Source: Nitrospira sp. (lineage in GTDB: Bacteria > Nitrospirota > Nitrospiria > Nitrospirales > Nitrospiraceae). From it: 46,939 bases of DNA. Location: NCBI GenBank assembly GCA_035310605.1, contig DATGEA010000257.1, forward strand, positions 1 to 46,939. Reading direction: 5' to 3'. Of this stretch, positions 9,233 through 18,601 are shown one piece after another (position 1 is the first letter of the stretch; each line of letters starts with the position of its first letter). A program made the position numbers and the translations under genes. The notes beneath the pieces are model-generated. The model was not told where the DNA came from and did no database searches. It saw nothing but the letters and a program-made list of their open reading frames with translations.

Positions 9233-11116
9233 TTATTTCCCTAAGAGTCCTTTCAAGAGGTCTTCGCCTTCTTTCTTGAGATCAGTGGGTTTAGTCGTCC
9301 CCTGCAAGAGTCCTTCGACAGCTCCTTTGAGTTTCTCTTGGACCTGTTCCTGGGTTTTCCCCGTCAGACCCTTCATGTCCAACCTGTACGAAGGATTCTG
9401 TGCGGTGCCGGTGATGAGGAGAGGCAACCTGAGCCGCCCGTCTTTGAGTGCGAGCCTGACGATCGGCGAGGAGCCCGCGATCTTCTGGCTCAGTGTTTGG
9501 GAGAGATTGAGGTTCACGGCCAGATTCAGCACTTGATCGAATCCGACAGTACCATTGCCGGTCGCTTGAAAATCGTGGCTGTCCAGCAAGAGCTTCTGGA
9601 CGTTGACGATCCCCTGTTTGATCATGAAATCGGTTTCGACAATAGAGAAAGCGGTGGCTTTGGCGCTTTCGACCGACAGTCCGACGATTTTGAGCAGGGT
9701 CACCACCTCTTGCATCAGATTGACCCCCTCGACTTTACCGTCTTTGACTTCCATGTGCCCCGGTCCTTCCAGCGAGCTAGAGAGATCGGGCATCGAAAAA
9801 CCTCGTCCCGCGACCGCCACGTCCATTGCGGCTGTTCCACTCACGGAAACCTTGCTGTCGGAACTGACGGTCTCCAGCGCCGGGCCCAATTGCAATCCCT
9901 GAACGGTGACCGTACCGTTAAAGGGCGGTGTGGCGGACCCCAGGGACATTCCGCCATGCGCCTTTACCTGCCCGCCAAACAACTGGAAGGACAGGTTGGT
10001 TAGGCGAGCTCCCTGTCCCTTGATGTCTGCATTCACTTCAAGATTTTTCACTTCGACCGGTTTCTTAAGGCCTGTGTCGATCGGGAGGTCCGCGGTATTC
10101 ACTGACGGGGCTGTCAGGGCTGCTTTTATGTGGCCGCCCTGCACTGTGCCTTTGACATGTAAGGTGGAGCTGCCCATGACGAGCGCGAGGCCGAGGTCCG
10201 TCACGTCGGCCAGTTCCATTGCAGGGACCCCTGGCTTGAGCGGGTAGGGCGCTGTGGCGACGACCCGAAGGTCTTTGATCTGTATTGGTTTGGTCAGCGG
10301 CAGCGTGACGGGTAAGTCCGCGGTCGAGATCGTGGAAGATGAGAGCATCGCATCCAGTTTCCCGCCGATCAGCGCGCCCTTCATCGCCAGCGCGACCTTT
10401 CCGAGCCTCAATGTGAAGTCGTATTGCTTCAACTCCAATGATTCGACGAGCGGTCCGAAGCTGCCGTCCAGCGTTACGGGAAGGTGGTAGGGCTGCACGG
10501 TCGCCCCCAGATGAAGCGTCGGCGTCTGGCCGAGACGAACGGACTTCAGCAACAACTCGAGATCCTGAACCTGATATTCGGCAGCCGGTATGATCGAGAG
10601 GTCTCGGTAGGTCAGATTCCCCCCGTCGATCGAGACGCGATCGACCGCGAGGAGGGCGAGGGCCTGCAGCGGATCCCTGCTGGGCGGAGGGGGGGAGCCC
10701 GGTTCTGTAGTAGGCGGTGGCGCCGTCGTTTTCGGACCGATGGTCGAGACGTTCAAGATCCCGGCCTTGTTCTTCAGGACCGTGATGACCGGATCGCGAA
10801 GGGTGATCTCTTCGACTTCTATCTTCTTCCTGAGGAGGGGCATGAGTTTGACCCCGACGTCCAGGGAAGTCAGCGAGGCAAAGGGCCCGGAAGTGAACGA
10901 CGGGTCGTCGAGGACCGTGAAGCCTCCGATGCGGGCGCCGAGGCGCGGCCAAATCGTCAACCGTATGTCTTGCAGCTGAACTTTACGATTCAACGCCTCT
11001 TCGATCAGGGGCTTGTACTGATCTTGATATTTGTTGAGGTCGATGAGGAACGGCAGCGAGAGAATCCCGCCAACAAGCAGTACGATCACAATAATCAGGC
11101 CGACCGCGATCTTCAT
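9233..11116 (-). CDS. AsmA-family protein
   Basis: N-terminal TM anchor, DLNKYQDQYKPLIEEALNRKV, repeated beta-groove segments, C-terminal LPLLITGTAQNPSY. Confidence 0.85.
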   Translation of the reverse strand: MKIAVGLIIVIVLLVGGILSLPFLIDLNKYQDQYKPLIEEALNRKVQLQDIRLTIWPRLGARIGGFTVLDDPSFTSGPFASLTSLDVGVKLMPLLRKKIEVEEITLRDPVITVLKNKAGILNVSTIGPKTTAPPPTTEPGSPPPPSRDPLQALALLAVDRVSIDGGNLTYRDLSIIPAAEYQVQDLELLLKSVRLGQTPTLHLGATVQPYHLPVTLDGSFGPLVESLELKQYDFTLRLGKVALAMKGALIGGKLDAMLSSSTISTADLPVTLPLTKPIQIKDLRVVATAPYPLKPGVPAMELADVTDLGLALVMGSSTLHVKGTVQGGHIKAALTAPSVNTADLPIDTGLKKPVEVKNLEVNADIKGQGARLTNLSFQLFGGQVKAHGGMSLGSATPPFNGTVTVQGLQLGPALETVSSDSKVSVSGTAAMDVAVAGRGFSMPDLSSSLEGPGHMEVKDGKVEGVNLMQEVVTLLKIVGLSVESAKATAFSIVETDFMIKQGIVNVQKLLLDSHDFQATGNGTVGFDQVLNLAVNLNLSQTLSQKIAGSSPIVRLALKDGRLRLPLLITGTAQNPSYRLDMKGLTGKTQEQVQEKLKGAVEGLLQGTTKPTDLKKEGEDLLKGLLGK

Positions 11117-11143
11117 ATGAGCACCTCCTCTCGCCTGGCCGGG

Positions 11144-11210
11144 AGTATAGGAAAGCCAGGTGAAACGGTCAAACGCTCATCTTGCCGCTCATGGGAGCGC
11201 ATGTTAAGAT
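11144..11210. promoter_or_regulatory. Divergent sigma-70 promoters for the asmA-family gene (-) and tRNA-Ser (+)
   Basis: Minus strand TTGACC-N17-TATACT (11172-11144); plus strand TTGCCG-N17-TAAGAT (11182-11210). Confidence 0.65.
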
Positions 11211-11231
11211 CCGCCTTTCTAAAACCGTCGC

Positions 11232-11321
<90 letters not shown>

Positions 11322-11384
11322 TAAAACAGCACTAAGTGCTAAAAGACAGAGTGGTGAACTGGAAGGCTAACGCAAGCTGAAGAA

Positions 11385-11520
11385 GAGAGGGTGGGATTCG
11401 AACAAGGGGGGCCGTGGGGGAGATCTCCCCCGCGTGGGGAGCGTACGAGGGGGCTGGCCCCCTCTGTAGGAGCGCGAGCAGTCGGGCGCGCGCGACTTCG
11501 AATTCCCACCCTCTCCGCCA
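11385..11520. repeat. tRNA-linked palindromic element bounded by copies of the tRNA-Ser 3' end
   Basis: 11385-11403 is the exact reverse complement of 11298-11316; 11497-11520 is a direct copy of the tRNA 3' end with one extra T; three internal palindromes. Confidence 0.85.
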
Positions 11521-11602
11521 TACCACACTTCGTGTGAGCCGCCCGCTCGTTATCACTGTATCGTGATTGCTGCGGACGGATAGGCGCCTTAAGTGTTTTT
11601 AA

Positions 11603-11703
11603 GGGGCCGGGCCCTGTGCAACAGAACCCTGTGAACCCCGCCAGGTCCGGAAGGAAGCAACGGTAAGCAGATAGTCCTGGGTGCCGCAGGATCACCTGGC
11701 CCC
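11603..11703 (+). ncRNA. ffs: Signal recognition particle RNA (4.5S)
   Basis: Conserved GCCAGGTCCGGAAGGAAGCAACGG core, GGGGCC/GGCCCC terminal stem, upstream of dnaX. Confidence 0.95.
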
Positions 11704-11710
11704 GCTTTTC

Positions 11711-11820
11711 GGGAGGCTGAAAATGACCGCCAGCGTCGCTCAAAGTCTCAACGTACCAACCGCGTACGACTCGGCTTTTCGCTCGCTGCGGCCTCGCTGA
11801 ACAGTCTTTTTGAACCTCCC
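11711..11820. repeat. 110-bp intergenic repeat with terminal inverted repeats (MITE/REP-like)
   Basis: Ends GGGAGGCTGAAAA..TTTTGAACCTCCC; a partial second copy lies at 33134-33182. Confidence 0.75.
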
Positions 11821-11834
11821 GTCGGATACTCACG

Positions 11835-13631
11835 ATGGATTATCAAGTCTCGGCCCGCAAATACCGTCCCGGCACGTTCGACGATGTGATCGGTCAGCCG
11901 CACGTTGTGCAGACGCTGGTCAATTCCATCAACACCAAACGGATCGCCCATGCCTATCTCTTCTCCGGGACGCGCGGGGTGGGGAAAACGACCGTGGCAC
12001 GGATTCTAGCGAAGGCGCTCAATTGCGAGCAGGGGCCTACCGGGACCCCTTGCGCGGTTTGTGCCAACTGTCTGGAAATCGCCCAGGGAAATTCCGTCGA
12101 TGTGATTGAGATCGACGGCGCGTCCAATACGAGTGTGGACGATGTCCGCGAGATCCGTGAGAACGTCAAGTTTACGCCCTTCCGGGGGAAGTACCGGGTC
12201 TACATCATCGATGAAGTCCACATGCTGTCGAACTCGGCCTTCAACGCGCTGCTCAAGACGTTGGAAGAGCCGCCCCCTCATGTCGTGTTCATCTTCGCGA
12301 CGACTGAAATTCACAAAATCCCCGCCACGATTCTATCCCGCTGTCAGCACTACAACTTCCGTCGGATCGCCAGAACAGAGATTATCGAACGCCTGCGTCA
12401 CGTCGCGAACCAGGACGGGATAACGATCGAGGACCGGAGTCTGGCGGCTTTGGCCAGGGCCAGTGAAGGCAGTATGCGCGACGGGTTGAGTCTGCTCGAT
12501 CAGGCCGTGGCGTTCGGCGGGAAGTCGATTGTGCATGAAGACCTCGAAGCATTACTCGGCGCCGTGCCGCAAGAACTGCTCCGGGCCATGATCCGGGCGA
12601 TTACTGCGCAGGACAGCGCTGCGGCCCTGCGGGTCCTGGCGCAGCTTTTGGATCGGGGCCATGATATTCGGGCCTACTGTGCCGACGTGGTCGAGTATCT
12701 CCGCAACATGCTTGTGGTTTCGGTGACGTTGCAGCAGGAATGGCCGGGGTTGATCGAGGCCTCTGCCGAGGATCTTGTGCAACTGGCGGCCGACAAGGGG
12801 TCGCTGACACCGGAGCAACTTCAACAGATCTTTACCTTGTTTACTCAGGCCGAAGATGCTCTTAGATTCAGCGCCCATCCCAGGTTTGTGCTGGAAGCGG
12901 CGGCGGTGAAAGCCACGCGACTGCTTCTGCGTGAAGGAGCGATAGCGGATCAGTCGGGTCGAGCCACTTCCTCAGAGCGTCCACCTCAACCGGCGGTTTC
13001 GCGCACGGACCAGACGCCGAGGCTGGAACGCGCAGCTGCCTCCTTGCCTCCCCCGCCGCCGCCTCGCTCGGCGGCACCTGCGCCGAAACCGTCACCGTCT
13101 TCCGGTCCGGCATCCAAATTGGGCGGAGAAGCCGCCGGACGACCGATGAGATCTGCGGTTGCGGAGCCAGCCAAGCCGCTGAAATCTGCGCCGCCTCGCG
13201 CGCTGCAACCGGTCGTCTTGAACTGGGAGCAGTTCCAGGAAGAAGTCGGCCATGCGTTTCCCAACATCGCCCCGTTTCTTGAAATGGGACGGCTCGTCAC
13301 AGTAGAGGGAAATGTCGTGACAATCGGATTTGCGAAGCAGGCAGGCGTGGCTCGAAGCATGCTGGAGAAGTCCGACAATATCCAGGCACTGTCGTCGCTC
13401 TGCGAGCGTCTCAGTGGCCAGCCGGTCCGGCTCCGCGCCGTCGAATTGACCGAAGCGGATCCTCCCGGACCGACGATGGCGCAGATCAGGGCCGCGAAAG
13501 AGCAGGAACAGAAGGTGGTGTTGTTTGAACGGGCGAAAGCCCATCCGGTCGTCAAGCAGGCGTTGGAAATCTTCGGGGCGGAACTCGCCGATGTGAGAGC
13601 GGTCTCGATTCAGAAAGAGGTGCAGGAATGA
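11835..13631 (+). CDS. dnaX: DNA polymerase III subunit gamma/tau
   Basis: ARKYRP, GTRGVGKTT, EIDGASN, IIDEVHMLS, SRC motifs; Pro-rich linker. Confidence 0.98.
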   Translation: MDYQVSARKYRPGTFDDVIGQPHVVQTLVNSINTKRIAHAYLFSGTRGVGKTTVARILAKALNCEQGPTGTPCAVCANCLEIAQGNSVDVIEIDGASNTSVDDVREIRENVKFTPFRGKYRVYIIDEVHMLSNSAFNALLKTLEEPPPHVVFIFATTEIHKIPATILSRCQHYNFRRIARTEIIERLRHVANQDGITIEDRSLAALARASEGSMRDGLSLLDQAVAFGGKSIVHEDLEALLGAVPQELLRAMIRAITAQDSAAALRVLAQLLDRGHDIRAYCADVVEYLRNMLVVSVTLQQEWPGLIEASAEDLVQLAADKGSLTPEQLQQIFTLFTQAEDALRFSAHPRFVLEAAAVKATRLLLREGAIADQSGRATSSERPPQPAVSRTDQTPRLERAAASLPPPPPPRSAAPAPKPSPSSGPASKLGGEAAGRPMRSAVAEPAKPLKSAPPRALQPVVLNWEQFQEEVGHAFPNIAPFLEMGRLVTVEGNVVTIGFAKQAGVARSMLEKSDNIQALSSLCERLSGQPVRLRAVELTEADPPGPTMAQIRAAKEQEQKVVLFERAKAHPVVKQALEIFGAELADVRAVSIQKEVQE

Positions 13632-13951
13632 AGAACCCCTTCGGGAATATGGCGAACATCATGAAGCAGGCGCAGGCGATGCAGGCGCAAATGGCCAAGC
13701 TCCAAGAAGAGGCCGCGACGAAGACGGTGACGGGATCGGCCGGCGGCGGCATGGTCACCGTGACGGCCAACGGAGCGATGGAATTGGTCGGCGTCGTCAT
13801 CAATCCTGAAGCCGTGAAAGGCGGGGATGCGGAGATGCTGCAGGATCTGGTTATGGCTGCCTCGAATGAGGCGTTGCGGAAGGCTCGGCAGATGATGGCC
13901 GATGAAATGAAATCGGTCACCGGCGGCATGAACGTGCCCGGTCTTTTTTAG
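13628..13951 (+). CDS. ybaB: YbaB/EbfC nucleoid-associated protein
   Basis: MKQAQAMQAQM..GSAGGGMVTVTANG; dnaX-ybaB-recR order. Confidence 0.95.
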   Translation: MKNPFGNMANIMKQAQAMQAQMAKLQEEAATKTVTGSAGGGMVTVTANGAMELVGVVINPEAVKGGDAEMLQDLVMAASNEALRKARQMMADEMKSVTGGMNVPGLF

Positions 13952-13964
13952 CGAGTCGTCGTCG

Positions 13965-14567
13965 ATGGCTGTTGATCAACAGGGACTGCTTGCGCGCCTC
14001 ATCCGAGAGTTTGTCCGCCTTCCCGGCATCGGCCAAAAGACCGCGCAACGATTGGCGTTTCATATCCTCAAGGCCGATCGGGAGGACGCGCTGCGGCTGG
14101 CGGATGCCATTCGAGCCGTCAAAGACGGGCTTTCGTTCTGCCGTCAATGCCGGAACATTGCGGAAGGAGATCTCTGCGAATTTTGCCTGGACCCCAAGCG
14201 CGACCAGACAAGAATTCTGGTGGTGGAAGAACCGAGCACACTGTATGCCATCGAACGAGCCGGCGCCTACCGCGGTTTGTACCACGTCCTGCTCGGGGCG
14301 CTCTCGCCTCTCGACGGGGTAGGCCCGTCCGATATTCGCGCAGAGGAGCTTGTGGACCGCGTCAAACTCGGCGGCATCCAAGAGGTCATTCTTGCCACCA
14401 ACCCGACAATCGAAGGGGAAGCCACGGCAATCTATTTGACGAATCAGCTGAAACCACTGGGAGTGCGGGTCTCGAGGATCGCCTATGGTATTCCGGTTGG
14501 CATGGATATCGAGTACGCCGATGAAGTGACGCTGCTGAAATCGATCGAAGGCCGGAGGGATCTCTAG
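13965..14567 (+). CDS. recR: Recombination mediator RecR
   Basis: LPGIGQKTAQRLA, C4 zinc finger, ILATNPTIEGEATA. Confidence 0.98.
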   Translation: MAVDQQGLLARLIREFVRLPGIGQKTAQRLAFHILKADREDALRLADAIRAVKDGLSFCRQCRNIAEGDLCEFCLDPKRDQTRILVVEEPSTLYAIERAGAYRGLYHVLLGALSPLDGVGPSDIRAEELVDRVKLGGIQEVILATNPTIEGEATAIYLTNQLKPLGVRVSRIAYGIPVGMDIEYADEVTLLKSIEGRRDL

Positions 14568-14601
14568 GCCAACCACATCAGGCTTCCCCGCGCATCTCCC
14601 A

Positions 14602-14631
14602 TTGACCCTCTTTCCAGGCCCCTGTTATAGT
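14602..14631 (+). promoter_or_regulatory. sigma-70 promoter of dksA
   Basis: TTGACC-N18-TATAGT with extended TG. Confidence 0.55.
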
Positions 14632-14674
14632 CCAAGCCCTGTTTCACACATTATTCAGGTCTGACTGGTGAAGG

Positions 14675-15112
14675 ATGAAAGCACGATCGTCTGACAAGCG
14701 TAGCGCACGAATCTCGGTGAAATCTGTGGCCGCCACTCGAGGTACCAAAGCGGCTCCTGTCGAGAAGAAATACAGCGCGATTCGGCGTGACCTTCAGAAA
14801 CAGCGCCAAGCGATTTTGGATGAAGCGGGTGAAGGTCTCACCAAGCGAGAGGGCCAGGAGGCTTTCCCCGACGTGAGCGATCAGGCCTCGGCCGAAGTCG
14901 ATCAAAACTTCACGATGCGCATCAAGGAGCGCGAGCAGAAGCTCTTGAAAAAGATCGATGAGGCGCTGGACCGGTTGAAAAACCGCACCTACGGAATCTG
15001 CGAGCGCTGCGAGGAGGAAATTCCCTACGAGCGGCTGAAGGCCCGCCCCGTCACGACACTCTGTATTGCCTGCAAGACTCTCCAGGAGCAGGAAGAGAGG
15101 ATCCGCCGGTAG
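14675..15112 (+). CDS. dksA: RNA polymerase-binding protein DksA
   Basis: DxxDxA (DVSDQA) tip motif and CERC..RLKARP..CIAC zinc finger. Confidence 0.92.
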   Translation: MKARSSDKRSARISVKSVAATRGTKAAPVEKKYSAIRRDLQKQRQAILDEAGEGLTKREGQEAFPDVSDQASAEVDQNFTMRIKEREQKLLKKIDEALDRLKNRTYGICERCEEEIPYERLKARPVTTLCIACKTLQEQEERIRR

Positions 15113-15147
15113 ACCTGTCGTGCGTTCCCGCTGAGCTCTCCCGTGCT

Positions 15148-16323
15148 CTATTTGCCCTTCAATGTTTTGACCCGCTGCTGGACGACGGCAATGCGGTCAG
15201 CTTCTTCCGGAATGCCTTCTACCAGTGCAAGATAGGTCTCGTACTCGGTGATGGCTCGTTTAGGATTGGTCGATTCGATCGCTTCGGCCAGATTGAAGCG
15301 GGCAATGGCGTAATTCGGCCGGAGGATGATGGCTTTTTCAAACAAGGCCAGCGCTTCGGCCTTCTCACCAAGCTTTTGGTGTACGGAGCCGAGATTGTTG
15401 AGGATCTCCGGTGTATTCGGCCTGATCGCCAGCGACTGAAGCATCTCCGCCTTGGCCTTGTCGTACTGACCCAGTCCGAACAACGACTGCCCATACTTGT
15501 GGTGCGCTTCCGCCAGCCAGACCTTGTTGGAAAATCCGCCGGCGATGGATTTCTGATAGGCATCAGCCGCGATTTCGTAACGCTGGGCGCCGCAATAGGA
15601 GAGTTGCGCGGCCTGACCGCGGGCGAACTGCTGGAGAGAAGGGAAGGGTTCTTTATCCTCAGCTCCTTGGCTGTCGACCTGCTGGCCGGGCTTTTGGCTG
15701 CCTGGTTGCCGGAGTCGGTTCAGGAACTCCCGCCGATAAGGAGAAAACAGCCGGACATATGGGTCAATGGTCACGGAGGCCTGGAGTAACGTCGGGTGTT
15801 CCCGCGCGCCGATCACGAGATACTGCGTGGTTGTTGTTTCGTCACCGGTCTCATAAAGGGAGCTGGAATCCATGTTGGACTTTGCGGCGAAGTTGGCGAC
15901 GTTCAAATAGAACTCCAGCCCTGGTTTGAGGAGTGTCAACGTATGGCGGAGTATTGAGTAAGGTGCCAGGTCGAGGCCGGACGGGAAGGTGAAGAGTGCT
16001 CCGACCAAGGTTCCGTCCTCATCGAAAAAATATGATTCGTCTCCGTGGGAGGGGCTTTGAACGGCTGGGATCACCAATTCCTGTCCCGTCCCCCAGGCTT
16101 TTATCGTGAAACCGGATTGGGGATGTTGCTGAAGAAAATCCGTTTTGCGCTGGCAGAGCGTGCCCGGTTTCAGGAGTACCAGGTCGCTTTCCGAAGGGGG
16201 GAGATTCTGGCGCGGAACGGCAGTTTCACAGCCTGTGAGGAGAAGTGTAAGGACGATTCCGCCGGTGAGCCCTCTCACCAGGCATTCCGGCATGCACTGT
16301 CGCTGATTGGACGTTCCGGCCAT
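15148..16323 (-). CDS. TPR-repeat lipoprotein
   Basis: LLLTGC lipobox; C-terminal TPRs (AEAHHKYG, ILNNLG, ARFNLA). Start uncertain. Confidence 0.8.
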   Translation of the reverse strand: MAGTSNQRQCMPECLVRGLTGGIVLTLLLTGCETAVPRQNLPPSESDLVLLKPGTLCQRKTDFLQQHPQSGFTIKAWGTGQELVIPAVQSPSHGDESYFFDEDGTLVGALFTFPSGLDLAPYSILRHTLTLLKPGLEFYLNVANFAAKSNMDSSSLYETGDETTTTQYLVIGAREHPTLLQASVTIDPYVRLFSPYRREFLNRLRQPGSQKPGQQVDSQGAEDKEPFPSLQQFARGQAAQLSYCGAQRYEIAADAYQKSIAGGFSNKVWLAEAHHKYGQSLFGLGQYDKAKAEMLQSLAIRPNTPEILNNLGSVHQKLGEKAEALALFEKAIILRPNYAIARFNLAEAIESTNPKRAITEYETYLALVEGIPEEADRIAVVQQRVKTLKGK

Positions 16324-16376
16324 GACAGGATTGAGGATACAGAAAAGGGAAGGGGTTTGCCAGGACTCAAAATGAC

Positions 16377-16407
16377 CGCGCCCGCTTTCATCATGAAAGC
16401 GGGCGCG
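16377..16407 (-). terminator. Intrinsic terminator of the 16439-16774 gene
   Basis: Perfect 15-bp inverted repeat CGCGCCCGCTTTCAT-C-ATGAAAGCGGGCGCG, followed by GTCATTTT on the minus strand. Confidence 0.7.
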
Positions 16408-16438
16408 ATATCAAAACACAAAATCGGAATTCGTCTGG

Positions 16439-16774
16439 CTAACGGCGTTGGCTGTCCAGCATCGCATCTTCGCTGGTATAACCGAACAGATAGGGCATGT
16501 GACTGGTCAGCGAGTAGATTGGCCGATTGATGCCATAATCGAGCACCTGCCCGACAGGATGGAGGACAAAGCCCATCCAGCGCCAAGGATTGTCGCTCAG
16601 CGGCGAGCCGGCTGCCACGTCGGTATAGACCAGCGATGTGCTGTCCATCACGCTATAGATGCTGGCTGGGGCCCTGTAGATTCCCTCGTTGTCAACATTC
16701 TGCTGTTGACTGCTCGCGCAGCCAGCCATGCTAGCCAGCAAAAGGATTCCCGCGGCGAATACTCTTGTCTTCAT
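16439..16774 (-). CDS. Hypothetical lipoprotein
   Basis: MAGC lipobox, SD GAGG, own terminator. Confidence 0.75.
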   Translation of the reverse strand: MKTRVFAAGILLLASMAGCASSQQQNVDNEGIYRAPASIYSVMDSTSLVYTDVAAGSPLSDNPWRWMGFVLHPVGQVLDYGINRPIYSLTSHMPYLFGYTSEDAMLDSQRR

Positions 16775-16917
16775 GGATAACCTCGTTTATCCGAACGGTT
16801 CCGAATCCCTTGTTGCCCCAACTTCCTAATGATGTGAAGTGTAGCCGACGTTCTGCATTCTGTCCAGAAATCGGCAGGTTTGCACAATTGATGATGGAGG
16901 AGTGCGTAGAAGCGCGA

Positions 16918-16961
16918 ATTGTGAGGGAATTTCAGGAGATTGTGAGGGAATTTCAGGAGAT
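16918..16961. repeat. Perfect 21-bp tandem duplication abutting the tRNA-Val 3' end
   Basis: ATTGTGAGGGAATTTCAGGAG twice, plus AT. Confidence 0.95.
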
Positions 16962-17035
16962 GGTGGGCGATACAGGTATCGAACCTGTGGCCTCTTCCGT
17001 GTGAAGGAAGCGCTCTGCCACTGAGCTAATCGCCC
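16961..17035 (-). tRNA. tRNA-Val(CAC)
   Basis: Reverse complement GGGCGATTAGCTCAGTGGCAGAGCG-CTTCC TT CAC AC GGAAG-..GGTTCGATACC..TCGCCCACCA. Promoter TTGATC-N18-TAGACT at 17074-17045. Confidence 0.96.
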
Positions 17036-17210
17036 ACGTGACGAAGTCTAGCACGGGCTTCTCAATCAGATCAATCAAACGCCGGCATATCGGTATCGGT
17101 GCGGGGCTCCTGGCAATAGTTGTTGATACAAGTAGGGCTTGTTGGCGGCGTTTGTTCCTGTCTCTGATCGCGCCGCTTGCCTGGTGCCCTACGCCGGCAC
17201 GTGCCTCGCC

Positions 17211-17240
17211 TTGACATCCCTAAAAAGCGGTTCCTACAAT
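17211..17240 (+). promoter_or_regulatory. sigma-70 promoter of trmFO
   Basis: TTGACA-N18-TACAAT. Confidence 0.6.
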
Positions 17241-17284
17241 GCCCCTCCGCTCAAATCTGTTTTCCCTCGTGGAGTGTCTCCCTG

Positions 17285-18601
17285 ATGCGTGACGACATCG
17301 TGATTATCGGCGGTGGTTTGGCCGGGTCCGAGGCGGCCTGGCAGGCGGCCAATCGTGGAGCGAAGGTCACGCTCTACGAAATGCGTCCGAAAGAAATGAC
17401 CCAGGCGCACAAAACCAGCGGCCTGGCCGAACTCGTGTGTTCCAACTCTCTCGGATCCGTCGACCTGCTGAATGCCCCCGGCATTCTGAAAGAAGAGATG
17501 CGCCGCCTCAATTCGCTGATCATCCGGGTGGCAGATCAGGTGCGTGTTCCGGCCGGTTCGGCGCTGGCTGTGGATCGCGATCAGTTTTCGTTCAGGATTA
17601 CGCAGGCGCTGGAAGGCCATCCGAACATTCGTATTCTTCGCGAGGAGATCACCGAAATTCCGATCGATTGTCTCTGTATCATTGCGACCGGGCCGCTGAC
17701 ATCCGACAAGCTCTCCCAGGCGATTGCCCGGCTGACGCATTCGAACCATCTCTATTTTTACGACGCGATTTCCCCGATCGTCGATGCGGAGTCCATCAAT
17801 ATGGACATCGCCTTTCGGGCGTCGCGCTATGACAAAGGCGGAGATGATTATCTGAACTGTCCCATGGATGAGGTGACCTACAACAAGTTCTACGAGGCCT
17901 TACTCTCGGCCGAGAAGATCCAACCGAAGGACTTCGAGAAGACTCCCTATTTCGAGGCTTGTCTCCCGATCGAGGTCATGGCGGAGCGCGGCAGGCAGAC
18001 GATGCAGTTCGGCCCTCTGAAGCCGGTCGGGCTTGAGGATCCCAAGACCGGCGTCAGACCCTATGCCGTCGTGCAACTCCGGACGGAAAACGTCCACCGG
18101 TCTTGCTATAACATGGTCGGGTTTCAGACCAAATTGACCTACGGCGAGCAGAAGCGCGTGTTTCGCATGATTCCCGGCCTCGAACAGGCCGAGTTTCTCC
18201 GATACGGCAGCCTGCACCGCAACACGTTCATCAATTCTCCCCAGCTGTTGCGCAGCACGCTGCAGTTCAAGGCGCGCGGCACCCTGTTCTTTGCGGGGCA
18301 ATTGGTCGGCGTGGAGGGCTATACGGATTCGGCGGCTATGGGAGGGCTGGCCGGCATCAACGCCGCGCGGGGACTTGCGGGACTGCCGCTGGTCACACCG
18401 CCGCCGACAACGGCCCATGGCTGTCTCCTGTCGTACATTACGACCGCGGATTCCCGCCATTTTCAACCGATGAATACGAACTTCGGACTCTTTCCGCCGC
18501 TCGCTTCTCCCGTCCGGGATAAAGAGCGCAAGCGACAGCTCATCTCGCAGCGTGCTCTCGAGGATCATGCCGCATGGATGACGCGATCCGGGCTTTCATA
18601 A
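17285..18601 (+). CDS. trmFO: Folate/FAD-dependent tRNA (uracil-54)-methyltransferase
   Basis: IIGGGLAGSEAAWQ, AELVCSNSLG, YFYDAISP, AGQLVGVEGY; start ATG 17285. Confidence 0.97.
   Translation: MRDDIVIIGGGLAGSEAAWQAANRGAKVTLYEMRPKEMTQAHKTSGLAELVCSNSLGSVDLLNAPGILKEEMRRLNSLIIRVADQVRVPAGSALAVDRDQFSFRITQALEGHPNIRILREEITEIPIDCLCIIATGPLTSDKLSQAIARLTHSNHLYFYDAISPIVDAESINMDIAFRASRYDKGGDDYLNCPMDEVTYNKFYEALLSAEKIQPKDFEKTPYFEACLPIEVMAERGRQTMQFGPLKPVGLEDPKTGVRPYAVVQLRTENVHRSCYNMVGFQTKLTYGEQKRVFRMIPGLEQAEFLRYGSLHRNTFINSPQLLRSTLQFKARGTLFFAGQLVGVEGYTDSAAMGGLAGINAARGLAGLPLVTPPPTTAHGCLLSYITTADSRHFQPMNTNFGLFPPLASPVRDKERKRQLISQRALEDHAAWMTRSGLS

Noticed and set aside
11385-11520. Second tRNA gene or CRISPR-like array
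   Set aside because: No D-arm or anticodon arm, and no repeated repeat-spacer units.
11835-13631. Programmed frameshift in dnaX producing gamma
   Set aside because: I found no A AAA AAG or long poly-A slippery site in the gene.
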